This document shows, piece by piece, positions 52,999 to 63,331 of a stretch of 64,000 nucleotides of DNA. A program made the position numbers and the translations under genes. Below the pieces are notes generated by a model. That model ran no database searches. It saw nothing but the letters and a program-made list of their open reading frames with translations, and was not told the DNA's origin. Position 1 is the stretch's first letter; every line of letters begins with the position of its first letter. Source of the DNA: Candidatus Marinacidobacterales bacterium (GTDB taxonomy: Bacteria; Acidobacteriota; Vicinamibacteria; Marinacidobacterales; SMYC01); contig CBDCYI010000011.1 in NCBI GenBank assembly GCA_965224085.1, forward strand, positions 160,001 through 224,000, given 5' to 3'.

Positions 52999-54417
52999 TC
53001 AGCGTCGTGCTGGCTGAGGATTGACGCGTTGAGCTGCGGCAATCGTTGTGCCTTGAGGCCGGACGAGCGCCTCCAGGAACTGCCGGCGCCATCGGTGGAT
53101 GTCGTTCCTTTTCAGGATCTTCATCATCGACTCCCAGCGTTGCTGGCGTTGTTCGAGCGGCATGTCTAACGCTTTCGCGAGACCGTCCGCAACATCGTCG
53201 ACATCGTATGGGTTGACGATCAACGCCGCTTGGAGCTCTCTGGCAGCGCCGGCCAACTCGGAGAGAACCAGAACGCCCGGATCTTCTGGGCGCTGAGCAG
53301 CAACGAACTCCTTTGCCACGAGATTCATTCCGTCTCTGAAAGGCGTGACGAGGCACACCCGAGCCATCGATAGAAATCCGAGAGTCGTCGTGCGAGCGAA
53401 CCCCTTGTGGAGATAGCGCAGGGGTATCCAGTCGTACTCGGCAAAGCGTCCGTTGATCTGGCCGGCCGCGGTATCGAGGGCGCGCCGCATTTGCTGATAC
53501 TCCGGTACGTCGCCGCGCGACGGCTGGGCGATCTGGAGATAGACGACGTTCCTGCGCATTGGGGCTCGCCGCTCCAGGAGGCGCTCATAGGCACGAAGGC
53601 GCGCCACCAGCCCTTTGCTGTAATCGAGGCGGTCGACGCCGAGGACCAGCTGGCGAGCGAGAAGGCTCGAAACCAGACGACGCCCCGACGCGGAGGAACG
53701 CCCTTTGGCTGCAACAGCTGCCACGTCGTCCACGTCGACGCTGATGGGGAACACACCCAAGAGCGTTGGGCGGTTTCCGATCACGAGACTGCGCTTGTCC
53801 ACCTCGATGCCGGGCAATCCGTAGGCAACGCTGTCGGCAAAACCGTGCAAGTCCACGTCGGTCTGGAAGCCGACGAGATCGTAGGCGCCGAACTCCAACA
53901 AAAGAGTTCGATAGTGGGGGAGGGCCCTAAACACATCGGAAGGTGGGAAAGGCGTGTGCAGGAAGAAGCCGATGTGCTGCTGGCAGCCGGCACGCCTCAG
54001 AGCCAGTCCCAAGGGGATCAAGTGATAATCATGGATCCAAATGGTATCGTCGGGACGGAGGAGCGGGAGGAGTACTTTGGCCAGGAACTGGTTGGTGCGC
54101 CGGTATCCGGTCTCGTAGCTTCGGCGGTAATCCATACGCTCGAGACGGGCGTGAAGGAGTGGCCACATGACGTGGTTGGAGTAGCCACGGTAGTAGTCGT
54201 CATAGTCCTTACGAGAAAGGGCGGTGGTTGCAGAATCGACGTTTCCGTGTCGAGCGCGCACAACCCGCTTGTCTTCGGAAATCTTGCCGCTCCAGCCGAA
54301 CCACAGCCCGCCGTGGGCTTCCAGTGCCGACAGAATTCCAGTTGCGAGCCCGCCCTGCGGCCGCCGCGTTCCGCTCGGCACGGGGACGCGATTGGAGACG
54401 ACGACTAGGCGGCTCAA
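52999..54417 (-). CDS. otsA: Trehalose-6-phosphate synthase
   Basis: SRLVVVSNR, WFGWSG, WIHDYHL, FFLHTPFP, VDRLDYSKG, DGMNLVAKE; TTG overlaps the upstream stop. Confidence 0.95.
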   Translation of the reverse strand: MSRLVVVSNRVPVPSGTRRPQGGLATGILSALEAHGGLWFGWSGKISEDKRVVRARHGNVDSATTALSRKDYDDYYRGYSNHVMWPLLHARLERMDYRRSYETGYRRTNQFLAKVLLPLLRPDDTIWIHDYHLIPLGLALRRAGCQQHIGFFLHTPFPPSDVFRALPHYRTLLLEFGAYDLVGFQTDVDLHGFADSVAYGLPGIEVDKRSLVIGNRPTLLGVFPISVDVDDVAAVAAKGRSSASGRRLVSSLLARQLVLGVDRLDYSKGLVARLRAYERLLERRAPMRRNVVYLQIAQPSRGDVPEYQQMRRALDTAAGQINGRFAEYDWIPLRYLHKGFARTTTLGFLSMARVCLVTPFRDGMNLVAKEFVAAQRPEDPGVLVLSELAGAARELQAALIVNPYDVDDVADGLAKALDMPLEQRQQRWESMMKILKRNDIHRWRRQFLEALVRPQGTTIAAAQRVNPQPARR

Positions 54418-56207
54418 AAGGCAGTCTCCCACGACTTGCTCAGCCTGCGCGCTGAGTTGATCAAGCCCACCATGCTGTAAGTTTGTGGAAAATTTCCCCA
54501 CAGCTCGCCCGTGCGCGGATCGAGATCTTCCGAGAGCAGGCCGTGCCGGTTTCGACACGAAAGGAGCTTCTCGAACAGCGCCCGCGCCTCTTCTTCACGC
54601 CCCAGCGCGTGCAGGGCATCTACGTACCAGAAGCTGCAAACGATGAACGCCGATTCGGGAAGGCCAAAATCATCAGGCGTCACGTAGCGGAAGAGAAAAC
54701 TACCCTCCAGCAGGTGTTTTTCGACTGCTGCGACCGTGCTGACGAAGCGCGGATCCGTTGCGGCAACAAAACCGAGCTCAGGCAGAAGAAGGAGCGTGGC
54801 GTCGAGATCCTCACCGCCGAAGCTCGACGCGAAACTACTGAGCTCGTCATTCCACGATTGCTTGCAGATTGTTGCGTGCATGTTGCGGGCGTTGCGGCAC
54901 CAGTGTTTCGCTCGTTCCGAGAGTCCCAGTCTGCGCGCGATCTTGCCGAGGCGGTCGCAGGCCGCCCAGCACATGACAGCCGAGTAGGTATGGACGCGGT
55001 TCGACGTACGAAGCTCCCATGGACCGGCGTCCGGTTGATCGAACACTCGCAAAGCGAGCCCTCCCAAACGCTCCAGCCGTTGGAAGAGCGCTTCGTCGCC
55101 AGGGCACTCGAGACGTTCATCGTAGAACATGTGCGTCGCCGCGAGCACCGCTGCACCGTAGACGTCATTTTGAACTTGCTGGTAGGCCTGGTTTCCGAAC
55201 CGTACCGGTCCCATGCCCCGGTAGCCGGGCAGGCCCTCGATCACCATCTCGTCGAGGCGCGCCCGTCCATTGATGCCGTAGACCGGCTGGAGCTTTTCGT
55301 CCTCGCTTGCCGCCGTCACGTTGACGATGAATCCAAGGTAGCGCTCCATGGTTTGTGTCGCTCCCAGCCGGTTCAAAGCACCGACCGTGAATTGAGCGTC
55401 CCGAAGCCAACAATATCGATAGTCCCAGTTACGGCTGCTCTCCGGGGCCTCGGGTATCGACGTGGTCATCGCTGCAACGATGGCGCCAGTGTCCTCGAAG
55501 GCATTCAGCTTCAGCGTGATGGCGGCCCGAACGACCTCGCTCTGCCACTCGAACGGAATCCCGAGATAGCGCACCCATTCGCTCCAGTAGGACAGCGTCT
55601 GCTCCAGGAATCGTCGCCCGGTCTCCGCCACCCCTTCCTGAAGCGTCTCGTCCGGCCCAAGAATGAAGGTCAACGGCTGCTCCACCACGAACGGAATTTC
55701 CTCGAGAACCGCTGTCGTGGAGGCGTCGGTCGTCAGTCGTAGCGTGTGCCCGGGCATCACGTAGCGAACGTGATTGCTGCCGTGGGTGATGGCGGGGCGG
55801 CGACCACTGCCGATGACGGTCGGCCTGAGCTTGATCCTGGCGCGAGGACTTCCCGAGGTGCGGCGGAGCATGCGGACGAGTGTGAGCGGCCGGAACAGAC
55901 GGTCGAACTGTTTGAAGCGCGGAGCGAAGTCTGTTACCTCCACGGCACCACCTGTGGAGTCGAAAAGGCGCGTGCGCACCACCGCGGAGTTCTTCAGGTA
56001 CTCCTGTTCCGCGCGCTCGAAGTCGACAAGCTCGAAGAGGAAGCTCCCATCGCGAGGGTCGTCATCGAAATCGGGGGACAGCAGCCCGTTGAAAACGGGG
56101 TCGCTGTCGAACCTCGGCAGACAGGACCATACGACGTTCGTTCGCGAATCGATCAATGCAGAGAAACTGCAGTTTCCGACGAGGGCCAGATCCAGATCAG
56201 CCTCCAT
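54414..56207 (-). CDS. Glycoside hydrolase family 15 (trehalase-like)
   Basis: CLPRFDS, TTSIPE, NWDYRYCWLRDA, LLSED, WGNFPQTYS. Confidence 0.93.
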   Translation of the reverse strand: MEADLDLALVGNCSFSALIDSRTNVVWSCLPRFDSDPVFNGLLSPDFDDDPRDGSFLFELVDFERAEQEYLKNSAVVRTRLFDSTGGAVEVTDFAPRFKQFDRLFRPLTLVRMLRRTSGSPRARIKLRPTVIGSGRRPAITHGSNHVRYVMPGHTLRLTTDASTTAVLEEIPFVVEQPLTFILGPDETLQEGVAETGRRFLEQTLSYWSEWVRYLGIPFEWQSEVVRAAITLKLNAFEDTGAIVAAMTTSIPEAPESSRNWDYRYCWLRDAQFTVGALNRLGATQTMERYLGFIVNVTAASEDEKLQPVYGINGRARLDEMVIEGLPGYRGMGPVRFGNQAYQQVQNDVYGAAVLAATHMFYDERLECPGDEALFQRLERLGGLALRVFDQPDAGPWELRTSNRVHTYSAVMCWAACDRLGKIARRLGLSERAKHWCRNARNMHATICKQSWNDELSSFASSFGGEDLDATLLLLPELGFVAATDPRFVSTVAAVEKHLLEGSFLFRYVTPDDFGLPESAFIVCSFWYVDALHALGREEEARALFEKLLSCRNRHGLLSEDLDPRTGELWGNFPQTYSMVGLINSARRLSKSWETAF

Positions 56208-56980
56208 GCGCTTGCCCTCCGTCTGTCGCGTGCAGAAAGCGGACGTAGTCTTCGAGCCACTCCACGACTCCTCCTACGCCATCAAGACGAAAGCGTGCAG
56301 CGGTGGTCTCCGACCCCACTTTGATGGAGTGGCCGCCATGCTCGTTGACCCATCGGAAACCGTATTCGTCGGTCGCGTCATCGCCGACGAAAACGGGTGT
56401 GCGACCAGCGAACGAAGGCTCGTTCATGAAAGCCTCGATCGCGGAGCCCTTCGAATGCTGGCACGAGCGTATCTCGATCACCATTTTGCCGCGCTGCACG
56501 CAGAACGGTTCTGGTAGCTGGCCTTCAATCTCGAGCGCCAACTGCTCGACTTCGGTTGCTTTGCTCGGCGCTCGTCGGTAGTGGAGCGCGATTCCCGCTC
56601 CCTTTTCTTCGACGAAAGTCGCGGGGTGATCCGCGACGAAGTCCTCGAATCGCGCTTTCGCGCTCCCGAGAACATTCTTGTCCAGAGGGGCTCGGCTGGT
56701 GTGTCCGAGCGTGTCGCGACGCTCGTGCCCGTGCAGCCCGGCAGTCGGAAGGCGCAGCGGTTCGAAGATAGCATCGACGCTCTCGATGGTGCGACCGCTC
56801 ACCAGGGCGAGTGCGCCCTCGGCCAATCCGAGAAGATCCGTCAGCACACCAATAAGTGTGCGGGCTGCTTTCGACTGCTCCGGATGTTCCACAAAGTCGA
56901 CCAGCGTTCCGTCTACATCCAGAAACAACGCCCAGCCCTTCTGAAAAGAAGGAGCCGCCAGAGTTTGATTCGGTAAAGGT
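56197..56980 (-). CDS. otsB: Trehalose-6-phosphate phosphatase (start uncertain)
   Basis: LFLDVDGTL, LVSGR, GLHGHE, GKMVIE, KG.AI, FVGDDATDE. Confidence 0.9.
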
Positions 56981-57248
56981 ATTTCTTATGATACCAGCGG
57001 ATGCCAGGAAGGGCAATTCTGTTTGCCGCAAAGCGGCAGGCCGCTACACCACTCGGTCGAATATCCGGTCGAATTTCCACGAAACGGTTGAACGCTGGGG
57101 AGCGCGGTCACTTCACTTGATGAAACTTCGTGAAGCGAGGGCACTCGTCCCGCCATCGGAGGCGGAAGTCCCTACTTCGTCGTCGAGTGCGTTGCGCAAG
57201 TTTTTGAGCCGGCCTACAATCTTTAGCGCTGGGAACCGCGCGCACGCA

Positions 57249-59131
57249 GTGTCGACGTCCAAAGCCTCCAATCTCATCCGATTCGGCGAGTTCGAAGTCG
57301 ATCCGCGCGCCGGCGAGCTACGGAAGCACGGCCGTCCGATCAAGCTTCAGGAACAACCCATCCAGCTCTTGCTCTTGGAGCATCCTGGCAAAGTCGTCAC
57401 CAGGGAAGAAGCAAGGGAATCGCTCTGGAAAGACGATACTTTCGTCGATTACGACCACGGGCTGGGCGCGGCATTGAACCGCTTGCGCGCTGCGCTGGGA
57501 GACTCGGCGAGCACTCCTCGCTACATCGAAACGTTACCTCGTCGCGGCTTTCGCTTCATCGCGCCCGTGACGGCACGCTCCCCGAACGAACCGGAACCCA
57601 GAGCGGTGACGCTGCTGACGAAACCGGTCCTCCTTCGATATGGCGGCTGGGCGGTCGCCTTCGCGGTGTTGCTGGCATCGCTACATTTGCTGAACAAGCT
57701 CGTTTCGCTGCCAACGAGCCGTGGAGCGGACACGACGATGCTCCTCGTGCTTCCCTTTGAGAACTTGAGCGGCGACCCCGAGCAAGAGTATTTCAGCGAC
57801 GGCCTGACGGAGGAGATCATCACTCACGTAGGCCGACTTGGCTTTGAACGCATTGGTGTCATCGCCCGCACTTCGAGCATGGCGTACAAGAACAGGTCAC
57901 AGACGATCGCGCAGATAGGGCGGGATCTCGGCGTGAGCTACGTGCTCGAGGGCAGCGTGCGCCGTGACGGCGGGCGTGTCCGGATTACGGCCCAGCTCAT
58001 CTCCGTGAAGGATCAAACCCATGTTTGGGCGGAGAGCTATGATCGTGAGCTCCAGGGGATTCTTGCCTTGCAAAGCGATGTTTCCCAGCACGTTGCCGAG
58101 GCTGTCGCGGGCGAGTTTGGGCTTGCGAACGACCCGGTGATCCCTCGAGAGGTTGTGAACACGGACGCCTATGAGGCTTACCTCAAAGGCCGTTTCTACT
58201 GGAACAAGCGCGACGTCCAGGGCTTCCAGAGAGCCATCGAGTACTTCCAGGAATCTATCGAGCTCGACCCGCGCTTCGCTCCCCCATATGCTGGGTTGGC
58301 CGACTGCTACACGCTGCTGGCCTCGTTTGACATGCTATCCCCTGTTGAGGCGCAGGTGAAGTCGAAGGCGATGGCCAGAAGAGCGTTGGAAATCGACCCC
58401 AACCTTCCGGAAGCGTATACTTCGCTAGGCGTCGTCAAGCACGCCTACGATTGGGACTGGACCGGCGCATCCGAAGCCTATCTGCGCGCCATCGAGCTCA
58501 ATCCGAGCTTTGCGACCGCATACCATTGGTATGCACTTCATCTGGCGGGCCTTGGCCGGTTCGAACAAGCGCTCGATGAAATGAGACGAGCCCGAGCTCT
58601 GGACCCGCTGTCGCTCATCATCAACACCGAGCTGGGGAGGGTGCTCTATACCGCCCGCAGGTATGACGAGGCTATCGAGCAGTTGGAAGACACGCTGGAT
58701 TTGAATCCGGATTTCGTCCCGGCGCGCATCTGGTTGTCCTTGGTCTACCTGCAGAGAGAGAGAGGTTCGAAGAGGCGATCGATCTCTTCCGGACGGTAGC
58801 CACCAGCGAGAACGGTGGAACGATAGCTCTCGCCCTGCTCGGTGCCAGCTACGCTGCGGCGGGACAGACAAGCGACGCCGTGGAAATCCTCCAGACACTA
58901 AAACAGTTGTCGCATTCAAGCCACGTGTCGCCCGCAAGCATCGCGCTCGTCTACGCCAACCTAGACGACCCTGACGAGGCGTTTGCCTGGCTGGAGCTGG
59001 CTTTTGAGGAACGCGCCGCCTATCTAAGACTGCTCAAAGTGGACCCGCTATTCGACCCCCTTCGCCCGGATCCGCGTTTTCAGGACCTGCTGGAGCGCAT
59101 GAACTTCCCCGAGGTAGAGCGGAAGAAATGA
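57249..59131 (+). CDS. CadC-like winged-HTH + TM + TolB-N + TPR regulator; frameshift in the (GA)n run near 58755
   Basis: IRFGEFEVD, YIETLPRRGFRF, LPFENLSGDPEQEYFSDG, AYEAYLKG, DPLFDPLRPDPRF. Confidence 0.85.
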
Positions 59132-60144
59132 GCTTGAGCCCAAACAAAGTCGAATGGTGTTGGCATCCCGTCGCCTACAGCGATTCGCTTTCATCCGATG
59201 AGCCGCTGGGGGTGACTCTTCTCGACGAGCCCATTGTTGTGTGGCGCGCCGGAGACAAAAGCCCGGTGGCCATGAAAGACGTTTGCATTCATCGAGGGAC
59301 GGCGCTTTCGCTCGGATCGCTCGAAGGCGAAGGCCTCGTCTGCGCTTACCACGGTTGGCGCTATGACCGGACGGGAGCTTGCGTGCATATCCCGCAAACG
59401 GAGAACCCGACCATTCCCAGAACGGCGCGCGTGCCGGCGTATCGGTGTCAGGAGCGCTACGGTCTCATCTGGGTTGCGCTTCGCGAGCCCGCCTATGCGC
59501 TTCCGCACGTTCCCGAGCTCGAAGACGGCAGCTGGAAAATCGTGCACACCGGTACCTTCAAGTGGAAGGCGGATGCCTCGCGGCAGGTCGAGAACTTTAC
59601 CGATTTCGGACACTTTCCCTGGGTGCATCCTGGTTTGCTGGGCGATATCGAGCGACCCGTCGTTGCCGATTACACGGTGGATACGAAGGGACACGTCCTG
59701 CACTACAACGTGACGCGGCCCGAGGCTCCCAACTCGGAGGAGTTCCCCGTGTTTGGAAACGAGAGCGTCGAGGCGCCGGAACGCGTTAGCCGCTACGAGC
59801 TCCACCTTCCTTGTACGATCGTGCTTCGGCTCGGTTGGGGCGAGGAGAAGGGGATGGTCTACTTCTTCGCATCACAACCCATTCGAGCCAACCAGTGCCG
59901 GGGCTATTGCATCATCGGCCGGAACTACGACTTCGAGCAGCCCGACCGGGTTCTCCAGGAGTTCGAAGATACGATCTTTGCGCAAGACCAGCGCATCGTG
60001 GAGTCGCAGCGTCCCGAGCAAGTGCCTTTCGATCTCGTGAGCGAGCTTCACTTGAAGTTCGACGCGCTGGCGATTGCCTACCGCCGGGCGATGGAAGCGG
60101 AAGGGCTCGCTTACGGTGGAGAGGGCTCGAAATCGAAAGGTTGA
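59128..60144 (+). CDS. Rieske non-heme iron oxygenase alpha subunit (VanA/demethylase-like)
   Basis: CIHRG...CAYHGW; ENFTDFGHFPWVH; QD..IVESQ. Confidence 0.92.
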   Translation: MSLSPNKVEWCWHPVAYSDSLSSDEPLGVTLLDEPIVVWRAGDKSPVAMKDVCIHRGTALSLGSLEGEGLVCAYHGWRYDRTGACVHIPQTENPTIPRTARVPAYRCQERYGLIWVALREPAYALPHVPELEDGSWKIVHTGTFKWKADASRQVENFTDFGHFPWVHPGLLGDIERPVVADYTVDTKGHVLHYNVTRPEAPNSEEFPVFGNESVEAPERVSRYELHLPCTIVLRLGWGEEKGMVYFFASQPIRANQCRGYCIIGRNYDFEQPDRVLQEFEDTIFAQDQRIVESQRPEQVPFDLVSELHLKFDALAIAYRRAMEAEGLAYGGEGSKSKG

Positions 60145-60199
60145 CGAGCGGCGCTACAGGCTGAGCTCGAGTGGCGGAGTCGCCTGACACACCTTCTTC

Positions 60200-60268
60200 C
60201 ATCCCGCCAGCGCCGATCGCGGAAACGATTTGATAAGGACCGAGCTTGGTACCAGCGGCGAGTGTCAC
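60200..60268 (-). pseudogene. N-terminal scrap of a Ser/Thr kinase
   Basis: MTLAAGTKLGPYQIVSAIGAGGM. Confidence 0.65.
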
Positions 60269-60289
60269 GTTCCGTTGTCCTCCGCGCGC

Positions 60290-60695
60290 GTCGCATTCAG
60301 ATTACGAGCTGATCCCCCGGCCGGGCGCGGCGCGTTTCGAAGAAGCCCTCGTCAACTTCCCTGGAATCTATGGCCTCGATGCCGCCATCGAAACGCTGCT
60401 CGAGCTCGGAGTGAAGGAGGTCGAGAGGCGCGTTCTGGAGCTCGCGGCTCTTGCGATGGAGTGTTGAGGACGAAGGGCTTCACGGTGCTGAGTCCGTCGG
60501 CTGCCGGTGAGCGCTCGGGATCGTTGCCTTTCGCCGCCTATCCCTCTCCGCAGACGCGATCGATAAAAGACTCTAGGAAGCGCGCGTCGACGTCGCGGTC
60601 CGCAGGACGCTCTACGAATCTCGCCGTCCTACTACAACGATAAAAACGACATAAAGAGATTTCTCGAAGCCCTGCCCTCGACGCGGTCTCGTTAA
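60290..60695 (+). pseudogene. C-terminal fragment of a class V aminotransferase/cysteine desulfurase
   Basis: AARFEE...NFPGIYGLDAAIE.LLELG; degenerate R.SP..YN. Confidence 0.55.
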
Positions 60696-60768
60696 CGCAG
60701 ATCGAAGCCAGAACGAACCGACGCCGGGTAGACCCCGGCGGACCTTGTGGCGATAATGCTCGGCAATC

Positions 60769-63222
60769 ATGCCTAGCTCACTCTACCGATGCTTTCTCGG
60801 GCTCGTCCTGCTTTCGGCTGGAGCAAGCGAAGCCCAATGGAACTACCGCTATCCGCAAGTCGCGGGCTACCGCCACCACGTCTATCTAGAGGGTTTCGAG
60901 CTCCCTATCATGGGCGCCGGGCCCACGGACCCCGCGCCCTCGCCGGATGGCAAAAGCCTTGCCTTCGCCGCCCGCGGCTGGTTATGGCTACTCGATCTCG
61001 AGGCCGGCGAGGCGCGACGGCTCACTTCGGGCCGGGCCATCGACGCGCGCCCGGCTTTCTCGGCAGATGGAAGCCATCTCGCGTTCATCCGCGACGACAC
61101 CGAGGATACGGACATCTGGTCGTACGACCTGACGACCGGAGAAGAGACCCCGCTCGTCGAGACTCCGGCCATTGAGCTCGACCCGGCTTATTCAGCGGAC
61201 GACAGCTTCCTCTATTACAGCTCGGCCAACAACGGCGACCTCGATATCTGGCGGCTCCAGTTCGCAACGGGCGAAGCCATGCCGGTGACGTCCGCGCGGG
61301 GGATCGAAGTGAGACCGCTTCCGCATCCGGACGGCGGCCGTCTCGTTTATGTAGCGAAGGCACCGCGCTCGCCCGATCGGATCCTCGAGCGAGACCTCGA
61401 GCAGGAGACGGAGCGCACTTTGATGTCGCAATCGATCACGTCGCAGACCCATCCGGGGCTCAGCCCGAACGGGAAGGCGCTCGTGGTGAATTGGCCGGGG
61501 CCCGATTTCTACGAGCTTTGGCTCGTCGACCCCGCGAACCTCGACCCCATCCGGTTGAATCATGGGCCGGGCCTTCCGCTTTCACCTGTTTTCAGTGCGG
61601 ATGGCCGATTCGTCTGGTACGTCGAGGCGAACGAAGCGCTTCAGTTCGAGCTCTTTCGCATCGCCGTGACGGGGGGAGAGGCGGAGCGCGTTCCCATCCG
61701 CTCTTGGGATTGGGGCGTGCGCACCGCACGCATCCAAGTCCGCACGCGCCTTGGGGAAGACGAAAAACCCATCCCCGCGCGTCTTCACATCCTCGACGAG
61801 ACGGGACATCCCGTGGTTTCTGATCGGGGCATGCCGCGCTTCGACTCCTCGAGCGGAAAGGTTTATGTTCTCTCGCCCGGGGTCGCGAGCTACGAGCTTC
61901 CGGCGGGTGAAGTGCGAGTGCTCGCCGCACATGGCTTTACGGCTCCGGCCGTTTCCGCGAGTGTGAGCTTGGCGCCTGGGGATCAAGAGACGATCGACCT
62001 GCGTTTCGAGCCTTTGTGGAATCCCCGCGAGAAGGGCTGGTACGCGGGGGATCATCATTATCATATGAACTACGGTGGGCCCTACCGTCTCCATCCCGAG
62101 GATCTACTTCTGGCACTCGAGGCCGAGGACATGGATGTCGGTACGCCGCTCATGGCTAATTTGCAGCACCGTTTCAACGACCTCGAGTTCTTCGATTGGA
62201 AGCGCGTCAGCGAGCGGCCCTTTCTCGCTTTCGGGCAGGAAGTGCGTTCGCACTTTCTCGGTCACTTGGGACTCGTGAATATCAGCGCGCCCTTCTGGCC
62301 TTGGTATTGGGGCCCGGGCTATCCGATCTATTCCCAAGACGATCGCCCCAATGACGAAGCGCTTCGCCACGCTCGCATCCAGGGTGGCATGACGAGCTAT
62401 ATGCATCCCGTCTCGATTCCGGATCCTTTTACGGATGAAACGACGCTCCGTTCGATCCCATTGAACCTCATCCCCGATGCGGTTCTAGGTGAGCTCGACG
62501 CTCTGGAGGTCGCTTGTCTCTGGACGAGCGAGCTCGGCACGGCCGACGTCTGGTACCGCTTTCTCAATATCGGCGTGCCCCTTGCCGCATCCGCCGGAAC
62601 GGACTCGTTTGCGGATTACTACCGCAGCATGGCCGTGGGATCGACCCGGCTCTACGTCAAGCTCGAAGGCCCCTTTCACATGGAGAGCTATCTCGACGCG
62701 CTCAAAGCCGGCCGGAGTTTTTTGAGCACCGGGCCGCTTCTGGAGTTCCATGTAGAGGGGCGCGAGGCGGGAGACATCCTTTCTCTCGACCAAGGCAGGC
62801 GCGTTTCCTGGGAGCTTCAGCTCTCTTCGCCCTCCGCGGTGGAGGATGTCGAGATCCTCGTCAATGGAGAAATCGTTTGGCGCGGCGCGGGGCTCGAAGC
62901 TTCGGGCCGGAAGAGCTTCGAAGGCATGCTGAGCCTACCGAATGGAGGCTGGATTGCGGCGCGTGCTCATGGCGGACCCAACGTCTGGCCCGCGATGAAC
63001 GGCTATCCTTTCGCGCATAGCTCGCCCATATGGATTTCTGAACGGGGAAGCACCGACCCGGATGCCGCGCGGGAAGCAGCGCGCGATCTCTTGCGAGCTC
63101 TGAACGTGGCCGACGAACGTCTCGCTGCAGGATATGGGACGGCCCCAATACCTGAGCTCGAGTCGCGTTTTGCTGCGGCGAGACGCCGGCTCGAAGCCAT
63201 CGCGCAGAGCGACGCGCCGTGA
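60769..63222 (+). CDS. Secreted TolB/PD40-repeat + CehA/McbA-like (PHP-type) metallohydrolase
   Basis: Signal peptide; PAPSPDG/PAFSADG repeats; GWYAGDHHYH, GQEVRSHFLGH, AGTDS, G+SF.STGP. Confidence 0.85.
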   Translation: MPSSLYRCFLGLVLLSAGASEAQWNYRYPQVAGYRHHVYLEGFELPIMGAGPTDPAPSPDGKSLAFAARGWLWLLDLEAGEARRLTSGRAIDARPAFSADGSHLAFIRDDTEDTDIWSYDLTTGEETPLVETPAIELDPAYSADDSFLYYSSANNGDLDIWRLQFATGEAMPVTSARGIEVRPLPHPDGGRLVYVAKAPRSPDRILERDLEQETERTLMSQSITSQTHPGLSPNGKALVVNWPGPDFYELWLVDPANLDPIRLNHGPGLPLSPVFSADGRFVWYVEANEALQFELFRIAVTGGEAERVPIRSWDWGVRTARIQVRTRLGEDEKPIPARLHILDETGHPVVSDRGMPRFDSSSGKVYVLSPGVASYELPAGEVRVLAAHGFTAPAVSASVSLAPGDQETIDLRFEPLWNPREKGWYAGDHHYHMNYGGPYRLHPEDLLLALEAEDMDVGTPLMANLQHRFNDLEFFDWKRVSERPFLAFGQEVRSHFLGHLGLVNISAPFWPWYWGPGYPIYSQDDRPNDEALRHARIQGGMTSYMHPVSIPDPFTDETTLRSIPLNLIPDAVLGELDALEVACLWTSELGTADVWYRFLNIGVPLAASAGTDSFADYYRSMAVGSTRLYVKLEGPFHMESYLDALKAGRSFLSTGPLLEFHVEGREAGDILSLDQGRRVSWELQLSSPSAVEDVEILVNGEIVWRGAGLEASGRKSFEGMLSLPNGGWIAARAHGGPNVWPAMNGYPFAHSSPIWISERGSTDPDAAREAARDLLRALNVADERLAAGYGTAPIPELESRFAAARRRLEAIAQSDAP

Positions 63223-63331
63223 AACGATTCTTTTAGCGAGTATATGACGCCCGTTAGCTCTCCGGTCGGATCGGGCGCATCGGGCCTACTCTCAGGCGGC
63301 CCGACTCCGTGTATTGTCCCGAAGGGAAGGC

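Noticed and set aside
53407-55742. Long plus-strand ORFs (333 and 419 aa) opposite otsA/GH15, and similar antisense ORFs elsewhere
   Set aside because: Typical high-GC antisense shadows with no recognisable motifs
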